Below, one piece after another: positions 20,201-31,014 of a DNA stretch of 64,000 nucleotides. The notes under the pieces were generated by a model, which had not been told where the DNA came from, made no database searches, and saw nothing but the letters and a program-made list of their open reading frames with translations. The stretch's first letter is position 1; the number at the start of each line of letters is the position of its first letter. The stretch lies in the NCBI GenBank assembly GCA_044361165.1, contig JBIKJE010000003.1:15888-79887 (forward strand). Direction: 5' to 3'. The position numbers and the translations under genes are program-made. The stretch comes from Crocinitomicaceae bacterium. GTDB taxonomy: Bacteria; Bacteroidota; Bacteroidia; Flavobacteriales_D; Crocinitomicaceae.

Positions 20201-21136
20201 ATCATCAAGAAAGGAACTAAATTCGTTCAAAAGAATTTGTTAGCAATTGATTACTCTATTGTGAATCCTACAAATTGGACAGCAGAAGCAGATTTAAATG
20301 CTTTGGTTGGTCGTGTGATTCATAACTTTAATATTAAAGCAAACGATTTATTAGGAACATACAAACGTAAGAAATTCCACATTTCTGTAGGTGATGATTT
20401 GCCAGCTGGAATCGTGAAAATGGCGAAAGTTTATGTTGCTAAGAAACGTAAATTGAAAGTTGGTGATAAAATGGCTGGTCGTCATGGTAACAAAGGAATC
20501 GTTGCGAACATCGTTCGTGCTGAAGATATGCCTTTCTTAGCAGATGGAACTCCAGTAGATATCGTTTTAAATCCATTAGGTGTACCTTCTCGTATGAACT
20601 TAGGTCAAATTTATGAAACTGTTCTTGGTTGGGCAGGAGAAAAATTAGGGATCAAGTTTGCTACTCCAATTTTTGACGGAGCAACTCCATTAGAAATTGA
20701 CGAATGGACAGCTAAAGCAGGAGTTCCACGTTCAGGTAAAACTTACTTGTATGATGGAGGTACAGGAGACAGATTCCACCAAACTGCAACTGTTGGAGTG
20801 ATTTACATGTTGAAATTATCGCACATGGTTGATGATAAGATGCATGCACGTTCAATAGGACCATACTCATTGATTACGCAACAACCATTGGGTGGTAAAG
20901 CTCAATTCGGAGGTCAGCGTTTTGGAGAGATGGAGGTCTGGGCTCTTGAAGCATTTGGTGCTGCCAATATCCTTCAAGAAATCCTTACTGTGAAATCGGA
21001 TGACGTAATGGGCCGTGCTAAGGCGTATGAAGCAATTGTGAAAGGTGATAATATTCCTGAACCAGGAATTCCAGAATCTTTCAACGTATTGTTGCACGAA
21101 CTTAGAGGTCTAGGACTTAACGTTTCGATGGATTAA
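17285..21136 (+). CDS. rpoB: DNA-directed RNA polymerase subunit beta
   Basis: The ORF is 1283 aa from GTG at 17285. The true start may be the in-frame TTG at 17324 (..[17 protein letters not shown]..). Conserved blocks are present throughout. Confidence 0.98.
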   Translation: MHKSHFFELNLLALATSSNIATRVNFASSKNQFEYPDFLDIQLKSFQEFFQLETTPENRDSEGLFKVFSENFPITDTRNQFVLEFLDYFIDPPRYTIEECIERGLTYSVPLKAKLKLYCTDPEHEDFETIVQDVYLGTIPYMTPKGSFVVNGAERVIVSQLHRSPGVFFGQSRHANGTKLYSARVIPFKGSWIEFATDINNVMYAYIDRKKKLPVTTLFRAIGYETDKDILEIFGLADEVKATKVNLKKLIGRKLAARVLKTWVEDFVDEDTGEVVSIERNEVLMDRETVIEDAHVDLILDAGVKTVILHKEDVNTADYTIIYNTLQKDTSNSEKEAVEHIYRQLRNAEPPDYETAKNVFEKLFFSDTRYDLGEVGRFRLNKKLQLEDTETSRVLTKNDIICIIKYLIELINSKADVDDIDHLSNRRVRTVGEQLYAQFGVGLARMARTIRERMNVRDNEVFTPIDLINAKTLSSVINSFFGTNQLSQFMDQTNPLSEVTHKRRLSALGPGGLSRERAGFEVRDVHYTHYGRLCTIETPEGPNIGLISSLCVFAKVNKLGFIETPYRSVIDGIVQVQDEPVYLTAEEEDEKMIAQANAKLDDKGNFGTNLVKARFEGDFPVVDPKNLHLMDVGANQIASIAASSIPFLEHDDANRALMGSNMQRQAVPLLKPHSPIVGTGIERLVARDSRVLINAEGNGVVEYVDANEIAIRYDWNEDDKLVSFDSELTRYTLTKFQKTNQSTTINLKPIVKKGDKVEKGQVLCEGYATQAGELALGQNLKVAFMPWKGYNFEDAIVISERVVRDDIFTSIHIDEYTLEVRDTKRGMEELTSDIPNVSEEATKDLDENGLIRIGAEIKEGDILIGKITPKGETDPSPEEKLLRAIFGDKAGDVKDASLKAGPSLRGVVVEKKLFSRSIKDRKSKAQDKPILESLDSDFDKDLAVLKDKLIEKLLQILGETKSAGVFNNFKEEIIKKGTKFVQKNLLAIDYSIVNPTNWTAEADLNALVGRVIHNFNIKANDLLGTYKRKKFHISVGDDLPAGIVKMAKVYVAKKRKLKVGDKMAGRHGNKGIVANIVRAEDMPFLADGTPVDIVLNPLGVPSRMNLGQIYETVLGWAGEKLGIKFATPIFDGATPLEIDEWTAKAGVPRSGKTYLYDGGTGDRFHQTATVGVIYMLKLSHMVDDKMHARSIGPYSLITQQPLGGKAQFGGQRFGEMEVWALEAFGAANILQEILTVKSDDVMGRAKAYEAIVKGDNIPEPGIPESFNVLLHELRGLGLNVSMD

Positions 21137-21195
21137 TTACCAACGGTGCTGCTGAGGCGGTGTCGAGTTGTTGAATTTGAAAACAAGCATGTATA

Positions 21196-24100
21196 ATGGC
21201 TTACAGAAAAGAAACACCAAAAAAACAAAGTAGTTTTAACAAAATTACCATCTCATTGGCTTCTCCAGAAATTATTCTGGAGCAGTCGAGTGGTGAAGTG
21301 TTAAAACCAGAAACAATAAATTACAGAACTTACAAACCTGAAAGAGATGGTTTGTTCTGTGAAAGAATTTTCGGTCCTGTTAAGGATTACGAATGTCACT
21401 GTGGTAAATACAAAAGAATCCGTTATAAAGGAATCGTTTGTGACCGTTGTGGTGTTGAAGTAACAGAGAAAAAAGTACGTCGTGAGCGTATGGGACACAT
21501 TTCATTGGTGGTTCCAGTTGCGCACATTTGGTATTTCCGTTCTTTGCCAAACAAAATTGGATATTTATTAGGTCTTCCAACAAAGAAATTAGATCAAATT
21601 ATCTATTATGAGCGTTATGTCGTGATTCAATCAGGGATAGCTACTCAAGGTGATGGTTCTTCTTTGAAATACTTAGACTTCTTGACTGAAGAAGAGTATT
21701 TGGATATTTTGGATACACTTCCAAAAGAAAACCAATATTTAGAAGATACAGATCCAAATAAATTCATTGCAAAAATGGGTGCTGATGCATTACATGATTT
21801 GTTGAAAAGATTGGATTTGAACGAAATGTCTTACGATTTGCGTCACAAAGCGAATACAGAAACTTCTGTACAACGTAAAAATGAAGCATTGAAAAGATTA
21901 CAGGTTGTTGAAGCGATGCGTGAATCTCAAACGCGTATTGACAATAGACCTGAATGGATGATTGTAAAAGTTGTTCCAGTTATTCCACCAGAATTGCGTC
22001 CTTTAGTTCCATTAGATGGAGGTAGATTCGCAACTTCGGATTTGAATGACTTGTACAGACGTGTGATTATCCGTAACAATCGTTTGAAAAGATTGATCGA
22101 AATCAAAGCGCCAGAAGTTATCTTGCGTAATGAGAAACGTATGTTGCAAGAATCTGTTGATTCATTGTTCGACAACTCTCGTAAATCTTCAGCGGTTAAA
22201 ACTGAATCAAATCGTCCTTTGAAATCTCTTTCTGATTCATTGAAAGGTAAACAAGGACGTTTCCGTCAAAACTTATTGGGTAAACGTGTAGATTATTCAG
22301 CACGTTCGGTAATTGTTGTTGGACCAGATTTGAAACTACATGAGTGTGGTTTGCCAAAAGACATGGCTGCAGAACTTTACAAACCGTTTATCATTCGTAA
22401 AATGATCGAACGTGGAATTGTGAAAACTGTTAAATCTGCAAAGAAAATCGTTGACCGCAAAGAACCAGTAGTTTGGGATATTTTGGAAAGCATCTTGAAA
22501 GGACATCCAGTTCTTTTGAACCGTGCCCCAACTTTGCACAGACTTGGTATTCAAGCATTCCAACCAAAATTGATTGAAGGAAAAGCAATTCGTTTGCACC
22601 CGTTGGTAACAACAGCCTTCAACGCCGATTTTGATGGTGACCAAATGGCAGTCCACTTACCGTTAGGTAATGCTGCAATCTTGGAAGCTCAATTGTTAAT
22701 GCTTGCTTCTCACAATATTTTGAATCCAGCGAACGGTGCTCCAATTGCGGTACCTTCTCAAGATATGGTGCTTGGATTGTACTACATCACTAAAGGTAGA
22801 ACATCCACTCCAGATAGAAAAGTAATTGGTGAAGGTGGAATTTTCTACTCTCCAGAGGAAGTAATTATTGCACATAACGAAGGAAAATTAGAATTACATG
22901 CACCAATTAAAGTAAAATCTTACGATTTGAAAGACGGTGTTCCAACGTTGATGATGATCGAAACAACTTGTGGTCGTGTTTTATTTAATGAGCACGTTCC
23001 AAGAGAAGTTGGTTTCGTAAATGACGTATTGACTAAAAAAGCATTGCGTGATATCATCGGAAATGTATTGAAAATTTCTGGTACAGCGCGTACAGCACAA
23101 TTCTTGGATGATATCAAAGAATTGGGTTACCACATGGCCTTCAAAGGAGGATTATCTTTCAACTTAGATGATATTATCATTCCTAAGGAAAAAGAAATCT
23201 TGGTTTCTAAAGCTGAAGCTGAAGTGAAAGATGTGATGATGAACTACAACATGGGTCTTATCACAAACAATGAAAGATATAACCAAATCATTGATATTTG
23301 GACGCATACAAACTCGCGTTTGACAAATACATTGATGGATCAATTGAAAAATGACAACCAAGGATTCAACTCAATTTACATGATGTTTGATTCTGGAGCT
23401 CGTGGATCGAAAGAACAAATCCGTCAGTTATCTGGAATGCGTGGATTGATGGCGAAACCACAAAAATCTGGTGCTTCAGCACAAGAGATCATTGAGAATC
23501 CAATTCTTTCTAACTTTAAAGAAGGTCTTTCGATTTTAGAGTACTTTATTTCAACTCACGGTGCACGTAAAGGTTTGGCCGATACCGCTTTGAAAACTGC
23601 GGATGCTGGTTACTTGACACGTCGTTTGGTGGATGTATCGCAAGATGTAATCATCAATCAAACAGATTGTGGAACATTGAGAGGTTTGGTTGCAACAGCA
23701 TTGAAGAAAAATGATGAAGTAGTTGAACCATTGTATGATCGTATTTTAGGTAGAACTTCTGTTCATGACATTTTCTATCCTGAGACTGAAAACATCATTG
23801 TTCAAGCTGGTGAATTGATTTCAGAATCAGTTGCTGAGGAAATTGAAAAAGCAGGAATTGATGAAGTTGAAATTCGTTCTGTATTGACTTGTGAGATGAG
23901 AAGAGGAGTTTGTTCTAAATGTTATGGACGAAATCTTTCTACACATAGAATTGCACAAGAAGGTGACACAGTTGGAGTTATTGCAGCTCAATCAATTGGT
24001 GAGCCAGGTACACAGTTGACATTACGTACATTCCACGTTGGGGGTACAGCTTCTAACACAACAGATATTTCTGACTTGAAAGCAAAAGCTTCAGGTAAAA

Positions 24101-25476
24101 TGGAAATTGAAGAGTTGCGTACGATTGTAATGAAAACACCTGAGGGAACAAAAGAAGTTGTTGTTGGACGTTCTGCTGAAGTTAAAATCACAGATGAGAA
24201 AACAGGAATTGTTTTAATGACTGCAAATATTCCTTATGGTTCTGAATTAATGGTTCAAAACAATATCAAAATCAAGAAAGGTGATGTTATTGTTAAATGG
24301 GACCCTTACAATGCGGTAATCATTTCAGAAGTTGCTGGTAAAATCGTATTTGACTCTGTAATCGAAGGTATTACTTACCGTCAAGAGGTGGATGAGCAAA
24401 CAGGATTTACTGAAAAAGTAATTACTGAAACAAAAGATAAAAAGAAAAACCCGGCAATTCACGTAATTGATCCGAAAACAAAAGAAGTTTTAAGAGAGTA
24501 CAGTTTACCAGTTGATTCACACATTTCTGTAAATGAAGGTGACAAAGTTGAAGCAGGTATGGTATTGGTTAAAATTCCACGTGTTTCTGGTAAAACGGGG
24601 GATATCACAGGTGGTTTACCAAGGGTAACAGAGCTTTTCGAAGCACGTAATCCTTCAAATCCTGCGGTTGTTTCTGAGATTGATGGTATTGCAGAATACG
24701 GAAAAATCAAAAGAGGTAACCGTGAGATCCAAATCACTTCTAAAACAGGTGAGGTTCGTAAATATTTAGTTCCATTGTCTAAACATATCTTGGTTCAAGA
24801 AAATGACTTCGTTAGAGCTGGTCAACCATTGTCTGATGGTGCTGTAACTCCAAATGATATCTTGAACATTGAAGGTCCAACCAAAGTACAGGAGTACATT
24901 GTGAACGAAATTCAAGAGGTTTACCGTTTACAAGGGGTAAAAATTAATGACAAACACTTTGAAGTAATTGTACGTCAAATGATGTTGAAAACTGAAATCG
25001 TTGATGCTGGAGATACTAGATTCCTAGAAGGACAATCTGTACACAAAGCGGATGTGATGGAAGAGAACGATGCTATTTTTGGAATGAAAGTAGTAATTGA
25101 TGCAGGAGAATCTACAGAATTACGCCCAGGTCAAATTATTTCAGCACGTAAGTTGAGAGATGAAAATTCTCAATTGAAAAGAGCTGATAAACAATTGGTT
25201 GAGGCGCGTGATGCAGTTCCAGCAACATCAACACCATTATTACAAGGTATTACAAGAGCATCTTTGCAAACACAATCGTTCATTTCAGCGGCATCGTTCC
25301 AAGAAACTACGAAAGTGTTAAACGAAGCAGCAATTTCTGGAAAAGAGGATCACTTGATGGGATTGAAAGAAAACGTAATTGTTGGACATTTAATTCCAGC
25401 AGGAACGGGAATCAGAAAATTCCAAAAAATGATTGTTGCCAACAAAGAAGCACTCGAAGAAGTATCTGCAAAATAA
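21196..25476 (+). CDS. rpoC: DNA-directed RNA polymerase subunit beta-prime
   Basis: 1426 aa with the zinc-binding [20 protein letters not shown] segment and the catalytic [12 protein letters not shown] motif. Confidence 0.99.
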   Translation: MAYRKETPKKQSSFNKITISLASPEIILEQSSGEVLKPETINYRTYKPERDGLFCERIFGPVKDYECHCGKYKRIRYKGIVCDRCGVEVTEKKVRRERMGHISLVVPVAHIWYFRSLPNKIGYLLGLPTKKLDQIIYYERYVVIQSGIATQGDGSSLKYLDFLTEEEYLDILDTLPKENQYLEDTDPNKFIAKMGADALHDLLKRLDLNEMSYDLRHKANTETSVQRKNEALKRLQVVEAMRESQTRIDNRPEWMIVKVVPVIPPELRPLVPLDGGRFATSDLNDLYRRVIIRNNRLKRLIEIKAPEVILRNEKRMLQESVDSLFDNSRKSSAVKTESNRPLKSLSDSLKGKQGRFRQNLLGKRVDYSARSVIVVGPDLKLHECGLPKDMAAELYKPFIIRKMIERGIVKTVKSAKKIVDRKEPVVWDILESILKGHPVLLNRAPTLHRLGIQAFQPKLIEGKAIRLHPLVTTAFNADFDGDQMAVHLPLGNAAILEAQLLMLASHNILNPANGAPIAVPSQDMVLGLYYITKGRTSTPDRKVIGEGGIFYSPEEVIIAHNEGKLELHAPIKVKSYDLKDGVPTLMMIETTCGRVLFNEHVPREVGFVNDVLTKKALRDIIGNVLKISGTARTAQFLDDIKELGYHMAFKGGLSFNLDDIIIPKEKEILVSKAEAEVKDVMMNYNMGLITNNERYNQIIDIWTHTNSRLTNTLMDQLKNDNQGFNSIYMMFDSGARGSKEQIRQLSGMRGLMAKPQKSGASAQEIIENPILSNFKEGLSILEYFISTHGARKGLADTALKTADAGYLTRRLVDVSQDVIINQTDCGTLRGLVATALKKNDEVVEPLYDRILGRTSVHDIFYPETENIIVQAGELISESVAEEIEKAGIDEVEIRSVLTCEMRRGVCSKCYGRNLSTHRIAQEGDTVGVIAAQSIGEPGTQLTLRTFHVGGTASNTTDISDLKAKASGKMEIEELRTIVMKTPEGTKEVVVGRSAEVKITDEKTGIVLMTANIPYGSELMVQNNIKIKKGDVIVKWDPYNAVIISEVAGKIVFDSVIEGITYRQEVDEQTGFTEKVITETKDKKKNPAIHVIDPKTKEVLREYSLPVDSHISVNEGDKVEAGMVLVKIPRVSGKTGDITGGLPRVTELFEARNPSNPAVVSEIDGIAEYGKIKRGNREIQITSKTGEVRKYLVPLSKHILVQENDFVRAGQPLSDGAVTPNDILNIEGPTKVQEYIVNEIQEVYRLQGVKINDKHFEVIVRQMMLKTEIVDAGDTRFLEGQSVHKADVMEENDAIFGMKVVIDAGESTELRPGQIISARKLRDENSQLKRADKQLVEARDAVPATSTPLLQGITRASLQTQSFISAASFQETTKVLNEAAISGKEDHLMGLKENVIVGHLIPAGTGIRKFQKMIVANKEALEEVSAK

Positions 25477-25489
25477 TTTATCAATCAAA

Positions 25490-25520
25490 CGGGACTAGAG
25501 ATTTTAGTCCCGTTTTTTTT
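25490..25520 (+). terminator. Rho-independent terminator after rpoC
   Basis: CGGGACTA-7 nt-TAGTCCCG stem followed by T8. Confidence 0.8.
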
Positions 25521-25531
25521 ACCAGAAAATT

Positions 25532-25843
25532 ATGGAAAAGAATAACGAAAATCAAATCAACATTGAATTAACGGAAGAAGTTGCAGGTGGAATTTATTCT
25601 AATTTGGCAATTATTACGCACTCACAAGCTGAATTTGTTTGTGATTTCGTTCAAATGTTGCCAGGTATGCCAAAAGCGAAAGTGAAATCAAGAATTGTGA
25701 TGACACCTCAAAATGCTAAGCGATTAATGTTGGCTTTGATAGAAAATGTTCAAAAATATGAGCAATCTATGGGTGTGATTAACGATCAAGATATGCCAGG
25801 AACACCTCCAATGAAGTTTGGGCCTCCGACAACTCAGGCATAA
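25532..25843 (+). CDS. DUF3467-like small protein (conserved downstream of rpoC in Bacteroidota)
   Basis: 103 aa, GGIYSNLAIITHSQAEFVCDFVQMLPG. Family assigned from memory of the motif and the synteny. Confidence 0.65.
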   Translation: MEKNNENQINIELTEEVAGGIYSNLAIITHSQAEFVCDFVQMLPGMPKAKVKSRIVMTPQNAKRLMLALIENVQKYEQSMGVINDQDMPGTPPMKFGPPTTQA

Positions 25844-25852
25844 ACTCTTTAC

Positions 25853-25880
25853 AAGCTTTCATTACGGAAGCTTTTTTTTT
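25853..25880 (+). terminator. Rho-independent terminator
   Basis: AAGCTTTC-5 nt-GGAAGCTT stem followed by T9. Confidence 0.7.
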
Positions 25881-26050
25881 GAACTATTTTTTATGACTGA
25901 GGTGCAATCGAATTTTTTTTCAAGTTATGTAAAGTCAAAATTAAATTTTTAGCAAAATTATCGTTTGTTGTAATACTCAATAAATCAATAGCTTGATGAT
26001 TAGATTAGTTTTTCAATAGATGAAATGTTAACAAGTATCGACAAAAAGCA

Positions 26051-26080
26051 TTGAAAATACAGAATACAATACTAAATTTG
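26051..26080 (+). promoter_or_regulatory. Bacteroidota-type promoter (TTG-N19-TAAATTTG)
   Basis: Exact consensus and spacing, 17 nt upstream of the ATG at 26097. Confidence 0.55.
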
Positions 26081-26096
26081 TAGAAAGCTGAATGCA

Positions 26097-26408
26097 ATGA
26101 CAGAGCAGATTTCAAGTATTGTCCAACAGATTCAAAGTAAATTTCAAGATTTACACAAGCAATTGCTTGCTGAGCGTGAGAAAAACACCGTTTTAGAAAC
26201 TGAATTGGGACAATCAAAGATGCTGATTAGCGCCAATCAAGCGCAAATTTTTCAATTGGAAGATAATAATCAATATTTGCAAAATCAATTGATTCAGTTA
26301 AATGAACAATTAGAATCTCAAAAATCTGCTGTTTTAATAAACAAAGACAATGAGATTGACGAATTGGTGAGGGAAATAGATCACTGCATTAGTCAATTAA
26401 AACAATAA
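26097..26408 (+). CDS. Coiled-coil hypothetical protein (possible cell-division accessory, 3 nt upstream of zapA)
   Basis: 103 aa, heptad-rich and Q/L/E-rich (QLEDNNQYLQNQLIQLNEQLESQ). Confidence 0.55.
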   Translation: MTEQISSIVQQIQSKFQDLHKQLLAEREKNTVLETELGQSKMLISANQAQIFQLEDNNQYLQNQLIQLNEQLESQKSAVLINKDNEIDELVREIDHCISQLKQ

Positions 26409-26411
26409 CAA

Positions 26412-26702
26412 ATGAGCAAATTATCTATAAAAGTTGTTGTAGCTGGAAGAACTTATCCATTGAATGTTCAAGCGGGTGAGGAAGTGAAAGTACAAAAAGC
26501 AGCATCAGATATTAATAGAGCCATTAAGTTATTGCAAGACAACTATGCGGTAAAAGATATGCAAGACTTATTGGCAATGACAGCTTTACAGTTGGCCACA
26601 AAATCTGGAAATGCAACTTCTGTAGTGCAGGAAAAGCCTGATTATACAGAGATTGAAAATTCATTAGGAGAATTGTTGCTGGAGATTGAAAAGCTGAAAT
26701 AG
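26412..26702 (+). CDS. zapA: Cell division protein ZapA
   Basis: 96 aa, IKVVVAGRTYPLNVQAGEEVKVQKAASDINRAIKLL...LLAMTALQLA. Confidence 0.85.
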   Translation: MSKLSIKVVVAGRTYPLNVQAGEEVKVQKAASDINRAIKLLQDNYAVKDMQDLLAMTALQLATKSGNATSVVQEKPDYTEIENSLGELLLEIEKLK

Positions 26703-26780
26703 GTCAATTATTTTTAACGTTTCCCACGCTATTGTGATTCAAATGGATTGTAATGGGTGGGATTTTTATTTTAAACAAAT

Positions 26781-28319
26781 ATGAATACAAATATTTTATT
26801 AGGAATTTTAGTCGGCATCCTTGGAGGAGGTGGATTGGCGTTCTTTGTTCAAAATGTGATTCTTAAGAAGCGAAAAGAGCAAATCTTAAAAGATGCAGAG
26901 AATGAAGGTGAAGCGATGAAAAAGGAAAAAATCCTTTCGGCGAAAGAAAAATTTATGAAATTGAAGGAAGAGCATGAAACCGCCATGAAAGATCGTGAGC
27001 GTAAGATGCAATCTTCTGAAGACCGCGCGAAGGCAAAAGAAAAAACACTTTCTCAAAAAATGGAGGAGGTGACGCGCAAAGAGAAGGATTTGGAAAAAAT
27101 TCAAAGCGAAATCGATCAAAAGCACACTGCTATTGAAATCAAAAATCAAGAATTAGATAAAATTCAACAAAAAAGAGTTGCTGAATTATCTAAAATCAGT
27201 GGAATGTCTGTAGAAGAGGCCAAGAATCACATCATGGAAGCTTTGAAAGACGAAGCTAGGACAGGGGCGATGATTCACATTAAAGAAATTACTGAAGAAG
27301 CAAAATTGAATGCCAATAAAGAAGCACGAAAAATTGTTATTCAAACGATTCAACGTGTTGCTACTGAGCAAGCTGTTGAGAACGCGGTTTCTGTTTTCAA
27401 TATCGAATCTGACGAAGTTAAAGGAAGAATCATTGGTCGTGAAGGTAGAAATATTCGCGCCATTGAAGCTGCAACAGGTGTAGAGATTATTGTTGACGAT
27501 ACACCTGAAGCAATTATATTATCTTGTTTCGATCCTGTGAGAAGAGAAATTGCTCGTTTGTCTTTGCACCAATTGGTTTCTGATGGACGTATTCATCCTG
27601 CTAGAATCGAGGAAGTGGTTGCAAAAACCAAAAAATCATTGGAAGAGGAAATCGCTGAAACTGGTCGTCGTACTTGTATCGATTTAGGAATTCACGGTTT
27701 ACATCCTGAGTTAACTAGAATGGTTGGTAGAATGAAATACCGTTCTTCTTATGGACAAAATTTATTGCAACACTCACGTGAGGTCGCTAATTTATGTGCT
27801 GTAATGGCTGCTGAATTAGGATTGAACGTTAAATTGGCTAAAAGAGCAGGACTTTTACATGATATTGGAAAAGTTCCAGACGATGAGCCAGAATTGCCGC
27901 ACGCAATCTTGGGTATGAAATTGGCTGAAAAATATGGTGAAAAACCAGATGTTTGCAATGCCATTGGTGCTCACCACGATGAAGTTGAAATGACTACATT
28001 GATTTCTCCAATTGTTCAGGTTTGTGATGCTATTTCTGGTGCTAGACCAGGAGCACGTCGTGAAATCGTTGAATCTTACATAAAACGTATCAAAGAATTG
28101 GAAACATTGGCTCTTTCTTATGATGGAGTTCAAAGTGCTTATGCGATTCAAGCTGGACGTGAATTACGTGTCTTGGTTGAAAGTGAAAAAGTTACTGATT
28201 TAAAAGCAGATGAATTATCCTTTGCGATATCTCAAAGAATTCAAACTGAAATGACTTATCCAGGTCAGGTGAAAGTGACAGTGATTCGGGAAAAACGATC
28301 TGTGAATTACGCCAAATAA
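26781..28319 (+). CDS. rny: Ribonuclease Y
   Basis: 512 aa with an N-terminal TM segment, a K/E-rich coiled coil, a KH domain ([26 protein letters not shown]) and an HD domain (LLHDIGK...GAHHDE). Confidence 0.96.
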   Translation: MNTNILLGILVGILGGGGLAFFVQNVILKKRKEQILKDAENEGEAMKKEKILSAKEKFMKLKEEHETAMKDRERKMQSSEDRAKAKEKTLSQKMEEVTRKEKDLEKIQSEIDQKHTAIEIKNQELDKIQQKRVAELSKISGMSVEEAKNHIMEALKDEARTGAMIHIKEITEEAKLNANKEARKIVIQTIQRVATEQAVENAVSVFNIESDEVKGRIIGREGRNIRAIEAATGVEIIVDDTPEAIILSCFDPVRREIARLSLHQLVSDGRIHPARIEEVVAKTKKSLEEEIAETGRRTCIDLGIHGLHPELTRMVGRMKYRSSYGQNLLQHSREVANLCAVMAAELGLNVKLAKRAGLLHDIGKVPDDEPELPHAILGMKLAEKYGEKPDVCNAIGAHHDEVEMTTLISPIVQVCDAISGARPGARREIVESYIKRIKELETLALSYDGVQSAYAIQAGRELRVLVESEKVTDLKADELSFAISQRIQTEMTYPGQVKVTVIREKRSVNYAK

Positions 28320-28330
28320 ATATTTTAAAA

Positions 28331-28358
28331 GGCTCTGAAATTTCAGGGTCTTTTTTTT
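28331..28358 (+). terminator. Rho-independent terminator after rny
   Basis: GGCTCTGAAA/TTTCAGGGTC hairpin followed by T8. Confidence 0.7.
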
Positions 28359-28378
28359 GAATTCATTTTTCATTCGCA

Positions 28379-29641
28379 ATGTTGAAATCAAATTCATTCG
28401 TAAAATCTGTTGCAGTTCTTTTTACAGGAACTGTATTGGCGCAAGTAGTCACATACCTGTTGTCTCCGATAATTACGCGTCAATTTGGTCCTGCTGAATC
28501 GGCTTACCTTGGTTTATTTTTGCGAATTACTACTTTAGGTGCCGCTTTGGCGACTGTTCGTTTAGAATTGGCATTTCCTTTGGAAAAAGAAGACCATCAC
28601 GCTTTTGGAATCTATCGTTTTTCAATGCGTTTTTCGATAGTACTTTCTTTGATTGCATTGGCCTTATTGGGGATTTATTCTTGGGTTGACTTTTCATCGA
28701 CCAATGATTTCTTCTTTTTATTGAGTCTTCCCATAGGAATATTCTTAATGGCTTTTTACAATCAGGGAAATAGTTGGGCATTGCGGAAAGAAAAATTCAA
28801 AGTGATTGCCCGTTCTGCTTTGGCTTTATCCATGGTTACCAATGTGCTAAAGGTGTTGTTTGGTTTTCTAAGTCATAATTTTTTGTTCTTAATTGGTGCT
28901 ACCATTATTGGTTATTTATTGTCAAGTATTGCTTATTTTTTGGATTTCAAAAGGAACAAAAAATCATCGATTTTAAAATATAATTCTAAAAGAACCAAAG
29001 CATTAATTGGGAAAAATTCAGATTTAATTAAGTATAATTTACCTCATGTTTTTGTTGATCTGGCGCGCGATTTATTGATGGTCAGTATCATTTGGAATTT
29101 GTATGGGAAAATTGAATATGGCTCTTACGATCATGCCTTCAGAATGTTGAAGCTTCCTATCATTTTTATTGGATCCGCTATAGGTCAAGTGTTTTTCCGT
29201 CAATGCACGGATTTGATTCATCAAAACAAGAGTATTTTTCCATTGGCAGGAAAAGTTGTATTGATTTTAGCAGCCTTGAGTATCGTTCCATTTTCAATTA
29301 TAGGAATTTGGGGAAAAGAACTTTTCTCATTCGTTTTTGGGGCAAAATGGGCGCAGTCTGGCGAAATGGCAACTATTATGGTACCTTGGCTGATGATGAA
29401 TTTCTTGGCTTCCCCCATTTCATATATCGCCATTGTTATGAAAAGACAAAAATCATTTTTTTGGATTAATTTATTGGGAACTTTAAGTTTAATTTTTGTG
29501 GTTTCGTTACCATACATTGGTTCAATGCATTTTAGTTTTTATGAAATTTTGAGACTCCTAAGTATTTCACAATCTATTTTTCTGCTCATTGTTTTAGTTT
29601 GGATGTTAGTTGTAGCCAAAAACAATAGAATTAATCAATAA
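28379..29641 (+). CDS. Wzx-like oligosaccharide flippase (MOP superfamily), copy 1
   Basis: 420-aa protein with about 12 TM segments. Its N-terminus is typical of polysaccharide flippases (VAVLFTGTVLAQVVTYLLSPIITRQFGP). It is the first gene of the glycan locus. Confidence 0.6.
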   Translation: MLKSNSFVKSVAVLFTGTVLAQVVTYLLSPIITRQFGPAESAYLGLFLRITTLGAALATVRLELAFPLEKEDHHAFGIYRFSMRFSIVLSLIALALLGIYSWVDFSSTNDFFFLLSLPIGIFLMAFYNQGNSWALRKEKFKVIARSALALSMVTNVLKVLFGFLSHNFLFLIGATIIGYLLSSIAYFLDFKRNKKSSILKYNSKRTKALIGKNSDLIKYNLPHVFVDLARDLLMVSIIWNLYGKIEYGSYDHAFRMLKLPIIFIGSAIGQVFFRQCTDLIHQNKSIFPLAGKVVLILAALSIVPFSIIGIWGKELFSFVFGAKWAQSGEMATIMVPWLMMNFLASPISYIAIVMKRQKSFFWINLLGTLSLIFVVSLPYIGSMHFSFYEILRLLSISQSIFLLIVLVWMLVVAKNNRINQ

Positions 29642-29736
29642 CGTGAATAGGGATTGTCAAATGGCTGTTTTTAGTGTTAAGCATACAGATATTTTACTAT
29701 TTTTGAAGCAGAATTTTATTTTCTAATAGATTCTTT

Positions 29737-31014
29737 TTGTTTATTTTAACTGATATTTTTTCTTTGAGTTTTTTAACGAAATATAAAAATTACTTTGTAA
29801 CATTTGGAATTGAATTTCTAATTCTTCTCTTGGGATTTATTATCTTTAGAATTGCAAATGAAAAAATGACAGAAGTTGGTTTCAGTGAATATACTTTGTC
29901 GCGCAGAAATATTTCTTTTTTGCAACCGCTTTTGATGATAGGTTTAGGAGTTGCTGTTCCACGATATGTAAGTATATATCCACAAAGAAATTCTTTTTTA
30001 CCTGCGAGTTTATTCTTAATGTCGATTGTTAGCATCTTGTTTGTGATTGTTTTGACTTTAGGTAGTACGGTGTTTTCCCATTTGTTTTTCGGAAATGAAA
30101 AATACTATTCATATATTTTACCAATGGCTTTATTGCTTGTTGGATACGGTTTTCATGCCATTTTATATGGATTTTTGAGAGGTAAAAAGGAAGTCTATTT
30201 TTCAAACTTAATTCAATTATTAAACATCGGAATTTTACCAGTTTTGATTTTATTTTACACACAAGATGTGAAATTACTTTTGTACATAAACAGTGTGTTT
30301 CTGATGTTCAATTGTCTGGTTTTTATCTTGTTAATATTCCTTAAACATAAAATCAGGATTGATATAAAATCATGTAAAGAAGATTCTATTTTGATGTTGA
30401 AATATGGATTACCAAGGGTTTTAGGCGATTTTGCGCTGCTTGCATTACTTACTTTTCCAACTTACATAGTACTTTCATTACAAAAAAATGTTTTGATTGG
30501 TGGAGATGTAGCTTATTCAATTACCCTTTTTAATTTGGTTGGAGCAGCTTTTGGCCCTTTGAGTTTGGTGCTTTTACCAGAAATTGCTAGTTTTTTAGCA
30601 GAGAAAAGAATTGATCTTATTAAAAAACGTTTTTATGTTTTTGTTGTAATTAGCTTATTTTTGACAATGATTGGATATGCGCTTTTTTATTTTTTCCATG
30701 ATTTTGTTTTGAATCTTTTGCTTGGTTCAAATCATCGAAGTGAGATTTTTGAAATTGCAAAAGTTGTGTTATTGGGAAGTTTTGGCTACGTTTTGTATAT
30801 AGTTTTGCGCAGTTTTTTAGATGCCATACATGTAAAAGCAAAAAATGCAACCAACTTAATTATCTCTTTGATAGTCTATATTGGATTAATCGTTTATGGC
30901 TATTCAAATGAGGTTACCATTCAATCTTATTTATATTACTTTGTGATTTCAGTAAATTTACTTGGATTACTCACATTTATCAAAACATACTACACCCTAA
31001 AAGAAATTAAATGA
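29737..31014 (+). CDS. Wzx-like polysaccharide biosynthesis/flippase membrane protein, copy 2
   Basis: 425-aa polytopic ORF with a TTG start at 29737 (uncertain). MOP-like features include ...LKYGLPRVLGDFA... Confidence 0.5.
   Translation: MFILTDIFSLSFLTKYKNYFVTFGIEFLILLLGFIIFRIANEKMTEVGFSEYTLSRRNISFLQPLLMIGLGVAVPRYVSIYPQRNSFLPASLFLMSIVSILFVIVLTLGSTVFSHLFFGNEKYYSYILPMALLLVGYGFHAILYGFLRGKKEVYFSNLIQLLNIGILPVLILFYTQDVKLLLYINSVFLMFNCLVFILLIFLKHKIRIDIKSCKEDSILMLKYGLPRVLGDFALLALLTFPTYIVLSLQKNVLIGGDVAYSITLFNLVGAAFGPLSLVLLPEIASFLAEKRIDLIKKRFYVFVVISLFLTMIGYALFYFFHDFVLNLLLGSNHRSEIFEIAKVVLLGSFGYVLYIVLRSFLDAIHVKAKNATNLIISLIVYIGLIVYGYSNEVTIQSYLYYFVISVNLLGLLTFIKTYYTLKEIK

Noticed and set aside
26716-26775. 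Hairpin after zapA (TCCCAC...GTGGGA followed by T-rich sequence) as a possible small RNA, by analogy with ssrS next to zapA in E. coli
   Set aside because: It has only a 6-bp perfect stem with a long, partly paired loop, and the 78-nt spacer is too short for a 6S RNA. It is most simply a weak zapA terminator.
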